DNA from: Octopus bimaculoides
Lineage: Eukaryota
Length of the DNA: 64,000 nt
Assembly: GCF_001194135.2 (NCBI RefSeq)
Contig: NC_068990.1
Location: forward strand, 86,971,895-87,035,894
Direction: 5' to 3'
Shown here: piece by piece, positions 48,837 to 62,382 of the stretch
Layout of the letters: each line of letters begins with the position of its first letter
Position numbering within the stretch: the first letter of the stretch is position 1
Made by a program: the position numbers and the translations under genes
The notes under the pieces: generated by a model
Told to the model about the DNA's origin: nothing
Seen by the model: the letters and a program-made list of their open reading frames with translations, nothing else
The model's database searches: none

Positions 48837-49218
48837 GGAGGCGCAATGGCCCAGTGGTTAGGGCAGCGAACTCGCAGTCATAGGAACGCGGTTTCGATTC
48901 CCAGACCAGGCATTGTGAGTGCTTATTGAGCGAAAACACCTAAAGCTCTACGAGGCTCCGGCAACGGATGGTGACAGACCCTGCTGTACTCTTCCACCAC
49001 AACTTTCTCTCACTCTATATTCCTGTTTCTGTTGTGCCTGCAATTCAAAGGGTCAGCCTTGTCACACTGTGTCACGCTGAATATCCCCGAGAACTACGTT
49101 AAGGGTACACGTGTCTGTGGAGTGCTCAACCACTTGCACGTTAATCTCGCGAGTAGGTGGTTCCGTTGATCGGATCAACTGGAACCCTCCTCGTCGTAAG
49201 CGACGGAGTGCCAACAAC
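48837..49218 (+). mobile_element. Full-length SINE family C with 11-bp TSD
   Basis: tRNA head GGAGGCGCAATGGCCCAGTGGTTAGG..GTTTCGATTCCC, tail CCTCGTCGTAAGCGACGGAGTGCCAAC. AATATTGGTGA occurs at 48824-48834 and 49219-49229. Confidence 0.9.
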
Positions 49219-49587
49219 AATATTGGTGAAAATTATAGAGACTGTAATATCTTGAAAATATATTACAATATATTTATTTCTAACCACGACAAAAACCTAC
49301 ATATTTTGGAGGATGAGGACAGCAGTCGATTAAATCGACATCATTATTCGACATCAGTATCTGACAGGTTCTTGCAGCAGGCATGAAGAATGAAAAGTCA
49401 AAGTTAATCTCAATGTGATGCAAACTGAGATATTTCGTTATATTAAAATCTCTTTTTTAAAATGTCAGCCATTGTTCACTTAAGATCGTTCTACAAACTT
49501 TGTATTCATCGTTCGAGTTGCTGTCGTTCGTTACTGTTCTCTGCTCATTTTTTTTCTACTCTTATAATTCTATACTATGTCTATGAC

Positions 49588-49890
49588 TGGCATTCCGTCG
49601 GTTACGACGACCAGTGTTTCAGTTGATCCGATCAATGGAACAACGTGATCACGAAATTAATATACAGGTGGCTGAGTGCTCCACTGGCAAGCGTATCATC
49701 CCGGTATTTTTCAAAGGCCTTCTGTGTCACATAGAATGTAACAAGACTGGCCCTTTTAATTACAGATGCAACTCATTTTTGCTAGCTGAGAGAGCTGGAG
49801 CAGCGCGGAATTAAGTGTCTTGCTCAAGGACACAATGCGCCGCCAGGAATCGAACTCACGACCTTACGATTGTGAGCTGAATACCCTAAC
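49588..49890 (-). mobile_element. SINE (CORE-like centre with family C tail)
   Basis: The reverse strand has GGTTAGGGTATTCAGCTCACAATCGTAAGGTCGTGAGTTCGATTCC...CCTTGAGCAAGACAC and the family C tail. Confidence 0.8.
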
Positions 49891-50559
49891 CTTTGATCCA
49901 TAGTATCCATAATTTACATCATCCACTTCTACTACCACCATACCACCATACCACCACCACCACCACCACCACCACCACCACCATCACCACCACCAACACC
50001 ACCACCACCACTATTACTGCTGCTGCTGCTGCTGCAGCTACTTTGACTCAACCATTTTTTTGAACGCCATCTTGAATCTCATCCGTTTCTCATTGCGCAC
50101 CAGTAGCACAGCTCCCACAGAACCAAGTCTACCAGAGACTTAGTGCCGTACATCGCCTCTAATCTGACACCGTCGAGAACCTTGCTGCAGCCAAGGGTAG
50201 TGTTGTTCTTGTTCTTGTTGTTTATTAATGGTGGCCGAGAAAGGAGAAAAGTTATTCTCAAACAAGAAATCTAAAAAAAAATTTTTGCAACGAAGTGAAC
50301 TCTCCTAACGGAGCCCAACATCTAGATTATGAAGCTAAACCAAGCTACGAATCTAGACAGCCACTAACAGGCTTCAAAACAGTTTCCGTCCACAAAATTT
50401 TATTCACAAAACGCGGCTGTTAGAAGAGACTCGATATACCATGCCGTAAGAACAAACCAGAAGTTATGTTGTTGCCAAGCTAATTTCTTCATCGCATCTT
50501 TGCTATTTTTTTTTTTTTGTAAGAATCTTCAAGCTAATTACCTTCTACCATCCAGAAGC

Positions 50560-50915
50560 GTGTCTCAACTCTTGGAGGAGACAGTTTTACTGTAGAGCTC
50601 TGTAAGTATTTCCATAGCCATTGCTCTAATAAACTTTCCGGTCTAGTACTTTCTGTCAAGATCTTTAAATGCATCGTTCACTTCTCTTCCCAGGTGCAAC
50701 GTTTCTCTGCCGAGCTTCCTTTTCGTCATAAGATCTTTTATTCTAATAGCTTCATCCCCGAACCACTGCTCTCAGGAACTCATTACCATTCTCTTATTTT
50801 CCTCTGGCCTATAATATACAATCCATTAAGCTTTCTGCCAATATATATCTTTTCTATTTGTTTTCCACGTCCTTTTACTTTTGTCGTACTTCTTTACAGC
50901 ACTGTAGCCTCGAGC
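50560..50915 (+). mobile_element. CR1/Jockey-group LINE 3' end fragment
   Basis: Frameshifted peptide YSNSFIP/RTTALRNSLPFSYFPLAYNIQSIK matches the F..SF.PRT..LWNSLP...FP..YNL..FK C-terminal motif. Confidence 0.7.
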
Positions 50916-51681
50916 CTGGTTTAGCACAAAACCGTTATAAGAAATTATATTTCTGTCTGCTTTCATGTCCCAGATATTCCTTATTATCTCCATACTGTAT
51001 TGTATTTTAATGACAGTTATTTTTATGAACATTTACACTTCAAAAAGCATTATACTAATTCAGTGTTCTTTGCTTCTCAGTTCTGGGTTGACTTCGTGCC
51101 ATCTTCATTCCTACTCATTTTATATCTCCCCGTTCATTACCCCCGCGTGCACGTGTGTATGACCACGTCTGTATTTCCATATTTATATGCTGTCCAAATA
51201 CTACTGCACCAAGAGTTTACACGAGTTTGCAATTCAGAACAACGTGAATAAAGCAATGAATACATTAAACCAGAAGTGAAATGTCGAACAGATTTATCTA
51301 CGTCAAACTATAGAGGACTATAAAACATTCTGCTCTCCTCTGACTATCAGTAAATCATAATATAACGTCTAAGATGATATTTGTTAAAGAATACACGGAA
51401 CTGCTATTATTAGTTGTAGAGTTGAAATAGTTTCTGTTCCACAGCGTATTACAAAGCATTTCAGTAACCATGGAGGTAAAATGTGATTTTATGACAAAGC
51501 GTGGGATGGTCAGACAGACAGAAAATTGCTTTCCTTTTGTTGTTTGTTGTTTTGTACATATTATTTTGCATGTATCTCGTGTATGAGAGACTGTATCTAT
51601 ATTGATATGTGTATGAGCATATATTATGAATGTGTACGTGTATATATAAAGTACATATACACCTATATACATACACATATA

Positions 51682-51880
51682 CAGGGTGCGATGGGTAAAT
51701 TATCGCCATTTAATATTTTAATTTAGCGCATGCGCATGGATTGCTTTTGATTTTATCGACTACATAGTATATATAGTAGGTTCAGTTGGGTACCGTCCGT
51801 GAGAAAAACAGCATCATGACACAATTCAGTCTGCTAGAAATTTGGAAACGATATGCTGTACTACTTGGCATAGCCCTAGG
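51682..51880 (+). mobile_element. Tc1/mariner-superfamily transposon 5' fragment
   Basis: TA|CAGGGTGCGATGGGTAAATT TIR-like start, then ATG at 51816 reading MTQFSLLEIWKRYAVLLGI (transposase N-terminus-like, recalled). Truncated thereafter. Confidence 0.55.
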
Positions 51881-52177
51881 ACTCATAAACCTTGTTGCTC
51901 GGTCTCCACAGTGTATAAGTAACAGATATCATCACATTACCCTCAAGAGAATGCTTCCTGATCCCATTTCAGGGTTCAGGGAGCAATTTTTGAGCAGAAG
52001 GGACAAATCGATTACATTGACCCCTGTACTTAACTCGTGTGACACTTTATTGACCCCGAAAACAAAATGTAAATAAGGTTTGAGGTGAGAACGTAAAGAG
52101 TCGGAAGAACATCTACTATTCATTTTGTCCGATTCACTAACAATTCTATCAGCTCACCATCTTTTGTGACATATAGG

Positions 52178-52746
52178 GTAAAGACCCCCATCGGTCGTGA
52201 ATGATCATGGGACTGCACCCAGAAAGTTCCCCTCCGAGGGACAAGTCTGGGTAAGGCTGTTTATGGAAGACCAGTAGTCACCCATGCATACCAACCTCCC
52301 CTCTTATTTCTTTATTGCCCACAAGGGGCTAAGCATAGAGGGGACAAACAAGGACAGAAAAATGGACTATGTCGATTATATCGACCCCAGTGCGTAACTG
52401 GTACTTATTTAATCGACCCCGAAAGGATGAAAGGCAAAGTCGACCTCGGCGGAATTTGAACTCAGAACGTAGCGGCAGACGAAATACCGCTAAGCATTTC
52501 GCCCGGCGTGCTAACGTTTCTGCCAGCTCCCCTCTGCATGTCATCGGTGTTATCCAAGGGAAAGGCAAAGGCAGATACAGCTTTGCACCAGTGACAATAC
52601 AACTAATTTCTACAACCGAGTGAACTGGAGCAACGTGAAATAAAGTGTCTTGCTCAAGAACACAACAGACAGACCGGTCCGGAAATCGAATTCATTATTT
52701 CATGATTGTGAGACCAACGCTCTAACCACTAAACCATGCGCCTTCA
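52178..52746 (-). mobile_element. CORE-like SINE (family D) interrupted by a family A SINE
   Basis: Host halves 52178-52304 and 52527-52746 join into a sequence colinear with 60084-60420. The insert 52305-52526 is flanked by CTCCCCTCT (52296-52304 and 52527-52535). Confidence 0.9.
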
Positions 52747-53252
52747 TATAATGACACTAGTAGACAGATAAAATAGAATTAATCACAATGCAGACACGGC
52801 AGGCGGTGAACTAGAAATTACTAAATTACTATACTTTCGATTACTTCCAAAATACCATCAAAGAGTGGTACTTACAGATTACATTAGTAATGAGGATATT
52901 ACCATAGATATACGACGACTACAAGACATCATCATTGGCTAGGTGTGATCTGTCAGAGGCTGTTTCTATGAATGCTACTAAATTACGGTATTTCATAAAC
53001 CTAATAACTCAAAATAATGTTCATAATATTCACATTTGATTATCATAGCGTCATCAAGGCATCCTAATTAACTTTTTACACTTTCACGCTATTTTCCAGT
53101 AGTCAGGGGGAAAAAATCATTATTCTATGTTATTAATGATGCGGATGCAAGCACGGCTGTGAGGTTAAAAAGAAGTTGCTCATCGAGTGATTTCAGGTTC
53201 GATCTCACTGCGAGTCATCTACTTTCGTGAAAACCAAAGCCATGTGTGGAAA

Positions 53253-53301
<49 letters not shown>

Positions 53302-53917
53302 CATATATTCTTTTATTTGTTACAGTCATAATGGCTGCGGCCATGCTGGAGAACCGCTTTTAGTCGAACAAATCGACCCCACGACTTATTCTTTGTAAGC
53401 CTGGTACTTATCCATTTATCTCGTCGCTCGCCTTCACAGCGAAGAAAATGCTTTACCTTTATCAGGTAACTGTGAGCCCGTCGTTTATACCTGGGAGAAA
53501 GAAATAGCAAGCTATATGGCCATGCTGTTCGTTAACATCTTAATTTTTAATGGTTTAATCTGAAAGACGGTACTGTACCATGGTGTTTGCAGGCTTTCAT
53601 CACTGAGATACGATGGAGTTAATATTCCTCTTTAAATAATTGTCCAGGTTGACGGCGTAATTAAAATAGAATTTCGTCGAACGTTTGTCAGAATTAGGTT
53701 ATGCCATCGAGTTTGGAAACTTTATGTTTTACTTTCTGCTGCAATTAGCAAGCTTAAGGTCCGTGTAATTAATTAGAGCCATATCATTGAAATGAATTGA
53801 GATAATTTACAAATGCGAGATTAATTTTGATTATACCCTGATATCCTGTCAGAAGCTTTCAACATGTTACAAACAAATTAGAGAATATAAGCAATGTATA
53901 TCACACGCGTGTGCACA

Positions 53918-54014
<97 letters not shown>

Positions 54015-54369
54015 GTATATATATATAACATTTATATATATATACTTGTATATAAATAAATGTTACGTTAAGGTGCAGTACTGAGGGTCAAGTCCCCTGC
54101 GTAGATTTGCAGAAGGTCGTTGATTCTTCCGGTCTTGCCGTTAGACTTCGGTTCACGTGAAGCAATTTTGGTTACAACCATATATTGTCCTGCTACCTGC
54201 CCCGATACAGATTTCCTCAAAGGTAGATAACCATCAGTTGAGGGTAGATGGACATAACACAGTTACTATGGCAATTTCAACGGACCATGCCACCGTTGTA
54301 GCCCGCTTCCTTATCATCAGCATCATAATCATCGTTAAAACCTTCATCGTCGTTGTCGACGTTGTTGCC

Positions 54370-54378
54370 ATCATCACC

Positions 54379-54430
<52 letters not shown>

Positions 54431-54443
54431 CCACCACCACCAT

Positions 54444-54490
<47 letters not shown>
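54370..54490. repeat. (CAT)n/(CAC)n microsatellite
   Basis: Direct reading. Confidence 0.95.
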
Positions 54491-54491
<1 letters not shown>

Positions 54492-54932
54492 TCTGTCCCT
54501 TCTCTTCGTCTTCCGAATTATCATTATCAATATCGATATTATCATTATCATCTATCATCAACCCCCCACTCACCCCACCCCTCTACATACAATATCAACA
54601 ATTCAATTAGCTTCCATACCATTGTTACTTTGGAAACTTGGCAATCCCGATGAGAGTAGCACAAACTGTCCTTCAGTAAGATTCAGTTAAGCTTTTGTCT
54701 CTGGAATGTTTTCGCTCCCTTGTATAAACACACACACGCACACACACACGCACACACATCTACATATATACGTGTGCGTATGTGTGTGCGTGTATGTATG
54801 TGTGTGCATACAAACATACACGCACTTGTGTATGTATATACATTCATATATGTATTTGTTTATATATATATATATATATATATACGTGTGTTTGTCATAT
54901 ATACACATATGTATATACACACACACACACAC

Positions 54933-54972
<40 letters not shown>

Positions 54973-56702
54973 GTGCGTGTATGTGTCATATATACACATA
55001 TGTATGGATACACACACACATATATGTCTATATACGAATGTATGAATAAATATATATGTAAACATATCCATGTGTAGATACGAATGTATATGCATGTGTG
55101 TGCACACATGTGTGCACACATGTGTGCACGTGGGGATTTGCCTGTGTATACATATATTATGATGTATATGATGTAAAGTTCCCATAGCAACACCCTTCTC
55201 TTCTGTCATATAATAAAATTAAGGTTATTATTAAGCTAAGAGATAGAGATAGAGAAACAGAGAGGGAGTCAGAGTGAGAGTGAGAGAGGTAGAGTGGGAG
55301 AGAGAAAAAGAGAGGGAAAGAAAGAGATAGAATCAACGATGGATAGATACAAAACAAAGGAAAACAAAAACTAGGAAGGAGAAAGAATTTGGTACGTGAA
55401 AAAAAAATGAAACGAACCAATTATGACAATAACGACGCAAAGAAAATAAAACTAGAAGATAAGCGAGACGAAAACATCGGTTGTAGAAGTTATCTGCCAT
55501 AACAGTTAAAAATACCTGTACAGTGTTTGTTATCGTTATGGATTTCATATTTACCAGAGAATATTAGAACAGGAATCTAGGTTGGGAAGAGACGCAGTAC
55601 AGACCACCGTAGTTAAGAAATTCGCTTTGCAACGACGCGGTTTCGGATTCAGTTTCATTTCGTTGCATTTTATATTGTGTATGTATTTTCTGAAATAATT
55701 GCGTATTGACCAAAGTATTCTGAATGAAATTTAGCCAACGGAAACTGTTCGGAAGCCTCTCAAAGGAACTGCTTTAGTTTTCTTCTTTTTAACGGTCGAT
55801 TCATCTGTCGCCCAGAGTAAAACCTTTAAGCCATAACCTAGCCCTGTGTGTTTTCCTTTAAAGACGTCCACATGACTGCAAGCACTCGGGGTCAGGTCTC
55901 CTGTCTTGGGATTTCTTGACCACTTCCTGGCATCAGTCACAGAGGCCTTGAAAAAGGGTTTTCTTCCTCTAAAATATGTAAAAGCAAAGAAAGAAAATAT
56001 ATTGTGAAAAGAAAAATATACAGTGATCTTCGGCAACGTAGGAAAGGTACATTAGCTTTTGGTTTAGGTACCAAGCCAGCAATTTTGGTGGGAGGGTTGT
56101 TAGTCTATACCATCGACTCTAATACTAGACTGGTACGTTTTATCCAACCTAGAAGGATGAAAGGCAAATGTCCCTTTGACGAGAATTGAACTCTGCTCAT
56201 AAAGAACCGGAACAAATATCACGAGGTATTTTGTCTGACGCTGTAACGACTCTGGGAGGGATATGACGAATCCTATTAATTCGAAACTATTTATCCATGT
56301 TTCTAATGGTCCTGAAAATATGAAAGTAGAAACTTGTATCTGATTAAATACGAACTCAATACATAAGTTGCTTGTTTGTTGTTTATGACCAGACCAACCT
56401 TAGTTGATCAGGTCCAGTTCATTCCAACCTTCCAGCCATGACAATCCTATCTTTTTACTAGTGTATTGAAATACATTGTTTCTCGTTGTCCAGCACTGCC
56501 GAGGACGGAGATATGCATTTTGAAGTAGATTTAGCTGCTACTTCTAGCAGGTAAAATTACCCTCTAGATGCTTCTTTTGTTGGTTCAGTAACTGAGCGTT
56601 GTAATTTGATAAATAAATCTTTAGCATATTAGAGTTACGTAAGACTCATACTCAGCTACTGTCCCTGTAGCCACAAAGCAGACGATATATATAAATATAA
56701 CT

Positions 56703-56760
56703 ATAGATAGATAGATAGATAGATAGATAGACATACATACAGACAGACAGACAGACAGAC

Positions 56761-56816
<56 letters not shown>
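56703..56816. repeat. (GATA)n/(GACA)n compound microsatellite
   Basis: Direct reading. Confidence 0.95.
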
Positions 56817-56817
<1 letters not shown>

Positions 56818-57369
56818 CACACACACACATACATACATACATACATTAGAAAATTTCATCAAATTTTAGGACAACTATTTATAGCTTGGTGAGGTGTTCG
56901 TGTCAGGAAGTAGTCCACAACACAATGAAGAAAACGTGACACGAACCACTAAACACTTTACAGTTCTTGTTGTTATTATATGTTATCCCTATGTCAGCTC
57001 GCTATTGAGCATACTTCTTACTAAAGACCTTCCAGATGACTATCTATTTCTGCTTTTTTTTTTTCTTCTGTTTTCTGCAATGGGTTAAAGTGAAAATCGG
57101 TTGATATTCCTAGAAAGTTTTGTAATTATATAGTTTCCTTTTTTGCCATGTAACATGACGCAAACACAAGAACTTATGCGTCATATACGATAGCCTCGGT
57201 CACTCCCATATTCCGTATGGGAAGTAAATAGGAAATAAAACGATAAACGAAAGAAAAAAGCGGTGGAAAATAGAGGGTGCAAAATTTGGAAAGTACAAAA
57301 CAATTTTTAAAATGTCTTGCTCTGTATGCAGTTCGAACTCAAAACGTATAGGAAACAACTCAGCTAAAT

Positions 57370-57585
57370 TTCTTTTTCCTCCTGGCAAGAGGCCCAAAAT
57401 TTTGTGGGAGCAAAGCTTATCGATTACATTGACTTCAGGGTTCAACTGGTACTTATTTTAATCAACATCGAAATGATGAAAGACAAAATCGACCTCGGCG
57501 CAATTTGAACTCAGAACGTAAAGCCGGAGAAACCTCATTAAGCATCTTTACCGGATGGGTGCCAATGTTTCCACCAGTTCACCAC
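57370..57585 (-). mobile_element. SINE family A, diverged
   Basis: CGATTACATTGAC..AACTGGTACTTATT..GATGAAAGACAAAATCGACCTCGGCGCAATTTGAACTCAGAACGT. Confidence 0.75.
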
Positions 57586-57957
57586 CTAAACAGTTCGATT
57601 AAAGTAAATAGGGCGCCATTGAGCTGAGATCACTTAACTGTATTAAGCAGACGTTTCAACGATATATAACTACATAAAGTGACGCAGTAAGTATTCGTGT
57701 CACTGCAACCGCACTGAAGCAACCGCATGGAACAGAAATGACGCAGCACCACAGTAATACACATGTGAATATCAAAGTGAAACCAGCTGAAAATTCTCCA
57801 GTAGCAGCAGGGGCCCGGCGGTAAAACTTCATCCACTTTCTTTCATTAATAAATATTCAACTATTAGAAATATGTAAAACTACTCACAAGGGAGACAGAC
57901 ACAGCCAGCATCATGCTTTATTTCAGATGGTTTTTAGAATATGCTGTCTCCTACCCC

Positions 57958-57998
<41 letters not shown>

Positions 57999-58186
57999 NN
58001 NNNNNNNNNNNNNNNNNNNNNNNNNNNNNNNNNNNNNNNNNNNNNNNNNNNNNNNNNNNNNNNNNNNNNNNNNNNNNNNNNNNNNNNNNNNNNNNNNNNN
58101 NNNNNNNNNNNNNNNNNNNNNNNNNNNNNNNNNNNNNNNNNNNNNNNNNNNNNNNNNNNNNNNNNNNNNNNNNNNNNNNNNNNNNN

Positions 58187-58215
<29 letters not shown>

Positions 58216-58217
<2 letters not shown>

Positions 58218-58482
58218 TGCAGGCGTGGGTGTGAGGTAAGAAGCTTGCTTGCCAACCGGGTTCAGTCCTACTGCGTAGTAATTTGGGCAACTGTCTTCTA
58301 CTATAACTTCGGGCTGACCTAAGCCTTGTGGGTGGATTTGGTAGACGGAAACTGAAAGAAGCCCAATATACGTATATATCTATGTGTGTGTCTGTGATTG
58401 TGTCCCCCACCATCGTTTGATGACCGATCTTGGTGTGTTTACGTCCCCGTAACTTAGCGATTCCTCAAAGAGACTGATAGAG
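58216..58482 (+). mobile_element. SINE family B
   Basis: GGTGCAGGCGTGGGTGTGAGGTAAGAAGCTTGCTT...GGGTTCAGTCC...GTGGATTTGGTAGACGGAAACTGAAAGAAGCCC...GTGTTTACGTCCCCGTAACTTAGCG. Confidence 0.8.
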
Positions 58483-60083
58483 AGCGGTGAGCCTCGTGTA
58501 ATAGTAATAGTAGTACGTCGTGTAAATAATTTCTTGCGACCATCCAACAGTTGAGAGAGAACCTTAGTCTTCATTTAGATATATCTCTTGGAGAAGGAAA
58601 GCTTTGAATTAATACCTGTGACTTCGATTGCATCCAATGGTGTAAACTAGTTCTTCTTTTTGGAGCAAACGCATACGTTGTTTAGAGAGTGAGATTGGTA
58701 CTTTACAATACCTCTTCTCACTTTAAAAAGCTTCAAGCACCGGCACATTATTTGATGTTTAACATTCCTAATATGTGTTGCATATCATGCTTTGGCTGTA
58801 GCCGTAAAAGGCAAAACACTCAATAATAGGTTCCATGAAAGAATGAATGCATGTTTCAGCGTGGGCGGTAAGATCTCTAAACACCTACTGCAAGAGATTA
58901 CCCATCGTTGCCCATCTCTTCAAAAGAGTGTATGTCCACCGCAGGGTTGAAAAGTCACATCCATGCTGTTCATGTTAAAAGAATAAACAAGCAAAGGCAT
59001 TGATCGAAATCGAATTGCTACTATCATGTACATATATGCATGTATATATGTACATATGTATGTAGATTTATGTAGGTATGTAGATTTATGAATGTGTATA
59101 CGTAAGCGTATAAACACATATACAGTCATCTTTAGCGAAATGTCTGCCATTTTTTAATTAAATTTTCTTTCTCGTTTTATCAGACGCTTAGGCGTATTAT
59201 TTATATATTTGTAAAACGATATCTAGATGGATATTTTATTATTCCATTCTATTGGTTAGAATAATATCGATTTACACACAAAGTTGGATATTGTTAAATT
59301 GTATTATCGTAATATTGACAGTGACATAATAGCAATGCATGTCATTTTAGAAGAAAAAAAAATAATAGCAATGGTTTCCATAATAGTATTCTTACTTGAA
59401 GTGAAGCAACGTATTTCAATGAACAGTTTGAAGATGCAAAAGTAGGTCTTCACAAAAGCTACTGAGCTGGATGAACGCTTTACTTGAAGATGCTATCATT
59501 TCTCATGTTTTTTTTTTTAATCTTTCTGTTTTTTGGTTTTTCTTTTTTCCGAATAAAGTAAAAATCCATTGAAAAAGCAAGGATTTCATCTATTTTTCTC
59601 CCGTACAGATATTCGACAAAAGTAATGCTGTATGATTGTTGCATAATGTTTTATGATTGTTGCATAATGTTGTTAATGAATAATCCATTGCTAGCAGAAG
59701 TGCTAACAGAGCGTAACAAAATAAAACTTAATAACTAGATAATTGAATAAATCGATAAAATTGATTGAAATTGAGATCTAAGCGTCTGGTATGGTTTGGT
59801 TTGGTCTGGTCTAATCTGGTGTAGTCTGGTCTAGTCTGGTGTGTTCTTGTCTGTTCTGGGTTGGTCCAAATTTAGAACATGTCTTACAAAAGAAAACTGA
59901 AGTTGGAATAAATCATTGTCCTTATCGTTGCTGTTGCTGCTGTTGTATAGCTCCAGTTTAACCTTGATTGTGTGTGTGTGCATATATGTGTGTATGTGTG
60001 TGTATGTGCGTCTTTAACCTTGTTTGTGTATGTGTGTGTGTGTGTGCATATATGTGTGTATGTGTGTGTATGTGCGTATGTAT

Positions 60084-60420
60084 GAAGGCGCATGGCTCAG
60101 TGGTTAGAGCGCCGAACTTACGACCGTAAGGTTGTGAGTTCGAACCCCGGACCGGGCTGCGTGTTGTGTTCTTGAGCAAGACGCTTTATTTCACGTTGCT
60201 CCAATTTACTCAGCTGTAGAAATGAGTTGCGACGTTACTGGTGCCAAGCTGTATCGGCCCCTTTGCCTTTCCCTTGGATAACAATGGTGGCATGGAGAGG
60301 GGAGGCCGGTATGCATGGACGACTCCTGGTCTTCCATAAACAACCTTGCCCGGACTTGTGCCTCGGAGGGTAACTTTCTAGGTGCAATCCCATGGTCATT
60401 CGTGACCGAAGGGGGTCTCC
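60084..60420 (+). mobile_element. Full-length tRNA-derived SINE (family D, CORE-like centre)
   Basis: A box TGGCTCAGTGG, B box GAGTTCGAACC, then GTGTTCTTGAGCAAGACGCTTTATTTCACGTTGCTCC...CAGCTGTAGAAATGAGT and tail GACCGAAGGGGGTCTC. Confidence 0.85.
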
Positions 60421-61552
60421 GATGTGCGTATGGATGTTTGTGCATACTTCACACACATACACACGCACATAAGCATATTTACATAAGACACCACATTGCA
60501 CAATCTGTATAAACAGTCGGTAACTGAATGGGTGAGGAATCCTTTCACTGGCCGCTCCTCCTGTCAAGAATGGTGGTCATCATTTCCTCCAAAAGAAAGA
60601 CACGTTGGATAATGTTGACCAGACTTAATTACACATACAAAAAGACGAGACGGTCATAGACGGAACGCCTTTGATCATAGGTCTCGATCAAAGAACTACA
60701 GCCGTTAACAATCACTCACCAAACACACACACAAATATACACACACAGACGACTACTTCCACATTCTGTCGTCATTTATTAATTAATCATTAACAACATT
60801 AATCGCATCAAAACAGTACCCTGTAGTTATTTTTATTAACTCTAATTCTTTGCGGTTCCCACCTAAAATTCGCACTTCATAATGTGAAGATTTTGTCCAT
60901 TCTTCCATCTGTTATACTTTGCAAAATCAGTAAATCCGATATTGGCAGAATGGTTTCTTCAGCACCACCTCACCACACTAACATCGCTCCAAATTATAGA
61001 CCGCAAACTTAGAATCCATATTATTTATCCTGATGGCAACTTTACGATTAAATATTTTCCAGTAAAGATTATACTTTGATTTATTGAAATTAATGCCAGC
61101 TCATGTTCACTTCCTAAATATCGATCTGGCATAACTTTACCGCAACTACCACTATTATCCCTATCATATCACCACTACACAACGTACTAGCACCCCCCAC
61201 TGCCACACTAGAACTTCTACAATTATCAATGCGCAGTACCTGCCATCATACACTAACAGCATCACTTACCACCAGTGTCAAAATCACCACTAGGACGACA
61301 GCTATCACCACAAATGTCCATATCTAGTTTTAAGTCAAAACAGCTATATTAGAATTTATCTATATTCATTTTTATATTGCTCTAACTTTTACGGTTATCG
61401 ACTCCGAGAGAGTAGACTACTGTATATATGTGAATGTGTGTGTATGCGTGTATGTGTGTGCGCGTGCGCGTGTATGTGCATGCGTGTGTGTGTAAGTGTG
61501 TGTGTGTGTGTNNNNNNNNNNCGTGCGCGTGTATGTGCATGCGTGTGTGTGT

Positions 61553-61593
<41 letters not shown>

Positions 61594-61754
61594 GCTATAA
61601 TAACAAGTGTGGTCTCTGCATAGCAGAGGTCTAAGCTATTTTGCAATTCACGAATTGTCTTAATGAACGCAGTAGTATAATTTTTACCTGCAAACATCGA
61701 TCACTAAATCTATTCTCAAAATGCAAATAGCAACAACCCTCACCCCGTGGGGAA

Positions 61755-62105
61755 GCAAGCGTAGCTGTGTGGTAAGGAGCTTCTTCCCAACCACAAGGTT
61801 CTAGATTCAGTCCCACTGCGTGTCACATTGGGGCAATTGTCTTCTACTCTATCCACGGGCCGACCAAAGCCTTGTGAGTGGATTTGGTAGACGGAAACTG
61901 AAAGACGCCTGTCGTATATATATGTGTATGTGTGTGTTTGTGTGTGTGCGTGTACGTGCGTGTGTCCTTGTGCCTGTGTTTGTCTTCCATCACAGCTTGA
62001 CAACCACTGTTGGTGTATTTATGTCCCCGTAAAGTAGCAGTTCCACAAAAGAGACCGATACATTAAGTACTTAGCTTTAAAAAAAATAAGTCCTGGAGTC
62101 TATTT
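61755..62105 (+). mobile_element. SINE family B
   Basis: GCGTAGCTGTGTGGTAAGGAGCTTCTTCCCAACCAC...GGATTTGGTAGACGGAAACTGAAAGA...AAGAGACCGATAC..AAGTACT. Confidence 0.8.
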
Positions 62106-62110
62106 GTACG

Positions 62111-62143
<33 letters not shown>

Positions 62144-62338
62144 GTATGGATGGATTGATGGATTGATGTNNNNNNNNNNNNNNNNNNNNNNNNNNNNNNN
62201 NNNNNNNNNNNNNNNNNNNNNNNNNNNNNNNNNNNNNNNNNNNNNNNNNNNNNNNNNNNNNNNNNNNNNNNNNNNNNNNNNNNNNNNNNNNNNNNNNNNN
62301 NNNNNNNNNNNNNNNNNNNNNNNNNNNNNNNNNNNNNN

Positions 62339-62382
<44 letters not shown>

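Noticed and set aside
59955-60080. About 60-bp tandem duplication and nearby GGTCT pentamer tract (59785-59870)
   Set aside because: Ordinary microsatellite-associated slippage.
60084-60160. tRNA-Arg-like sequence as a tRNA gene
   Set aside because: The acceptor stem is not closed and it continues directly into a SINE body; it is a SINE head. The same applies to other tRNA-like heads.
61460-61570. Direct repeat flanking a 10-N gap
   Set aside because: Same artefact pattern (duplicated contig overlap).
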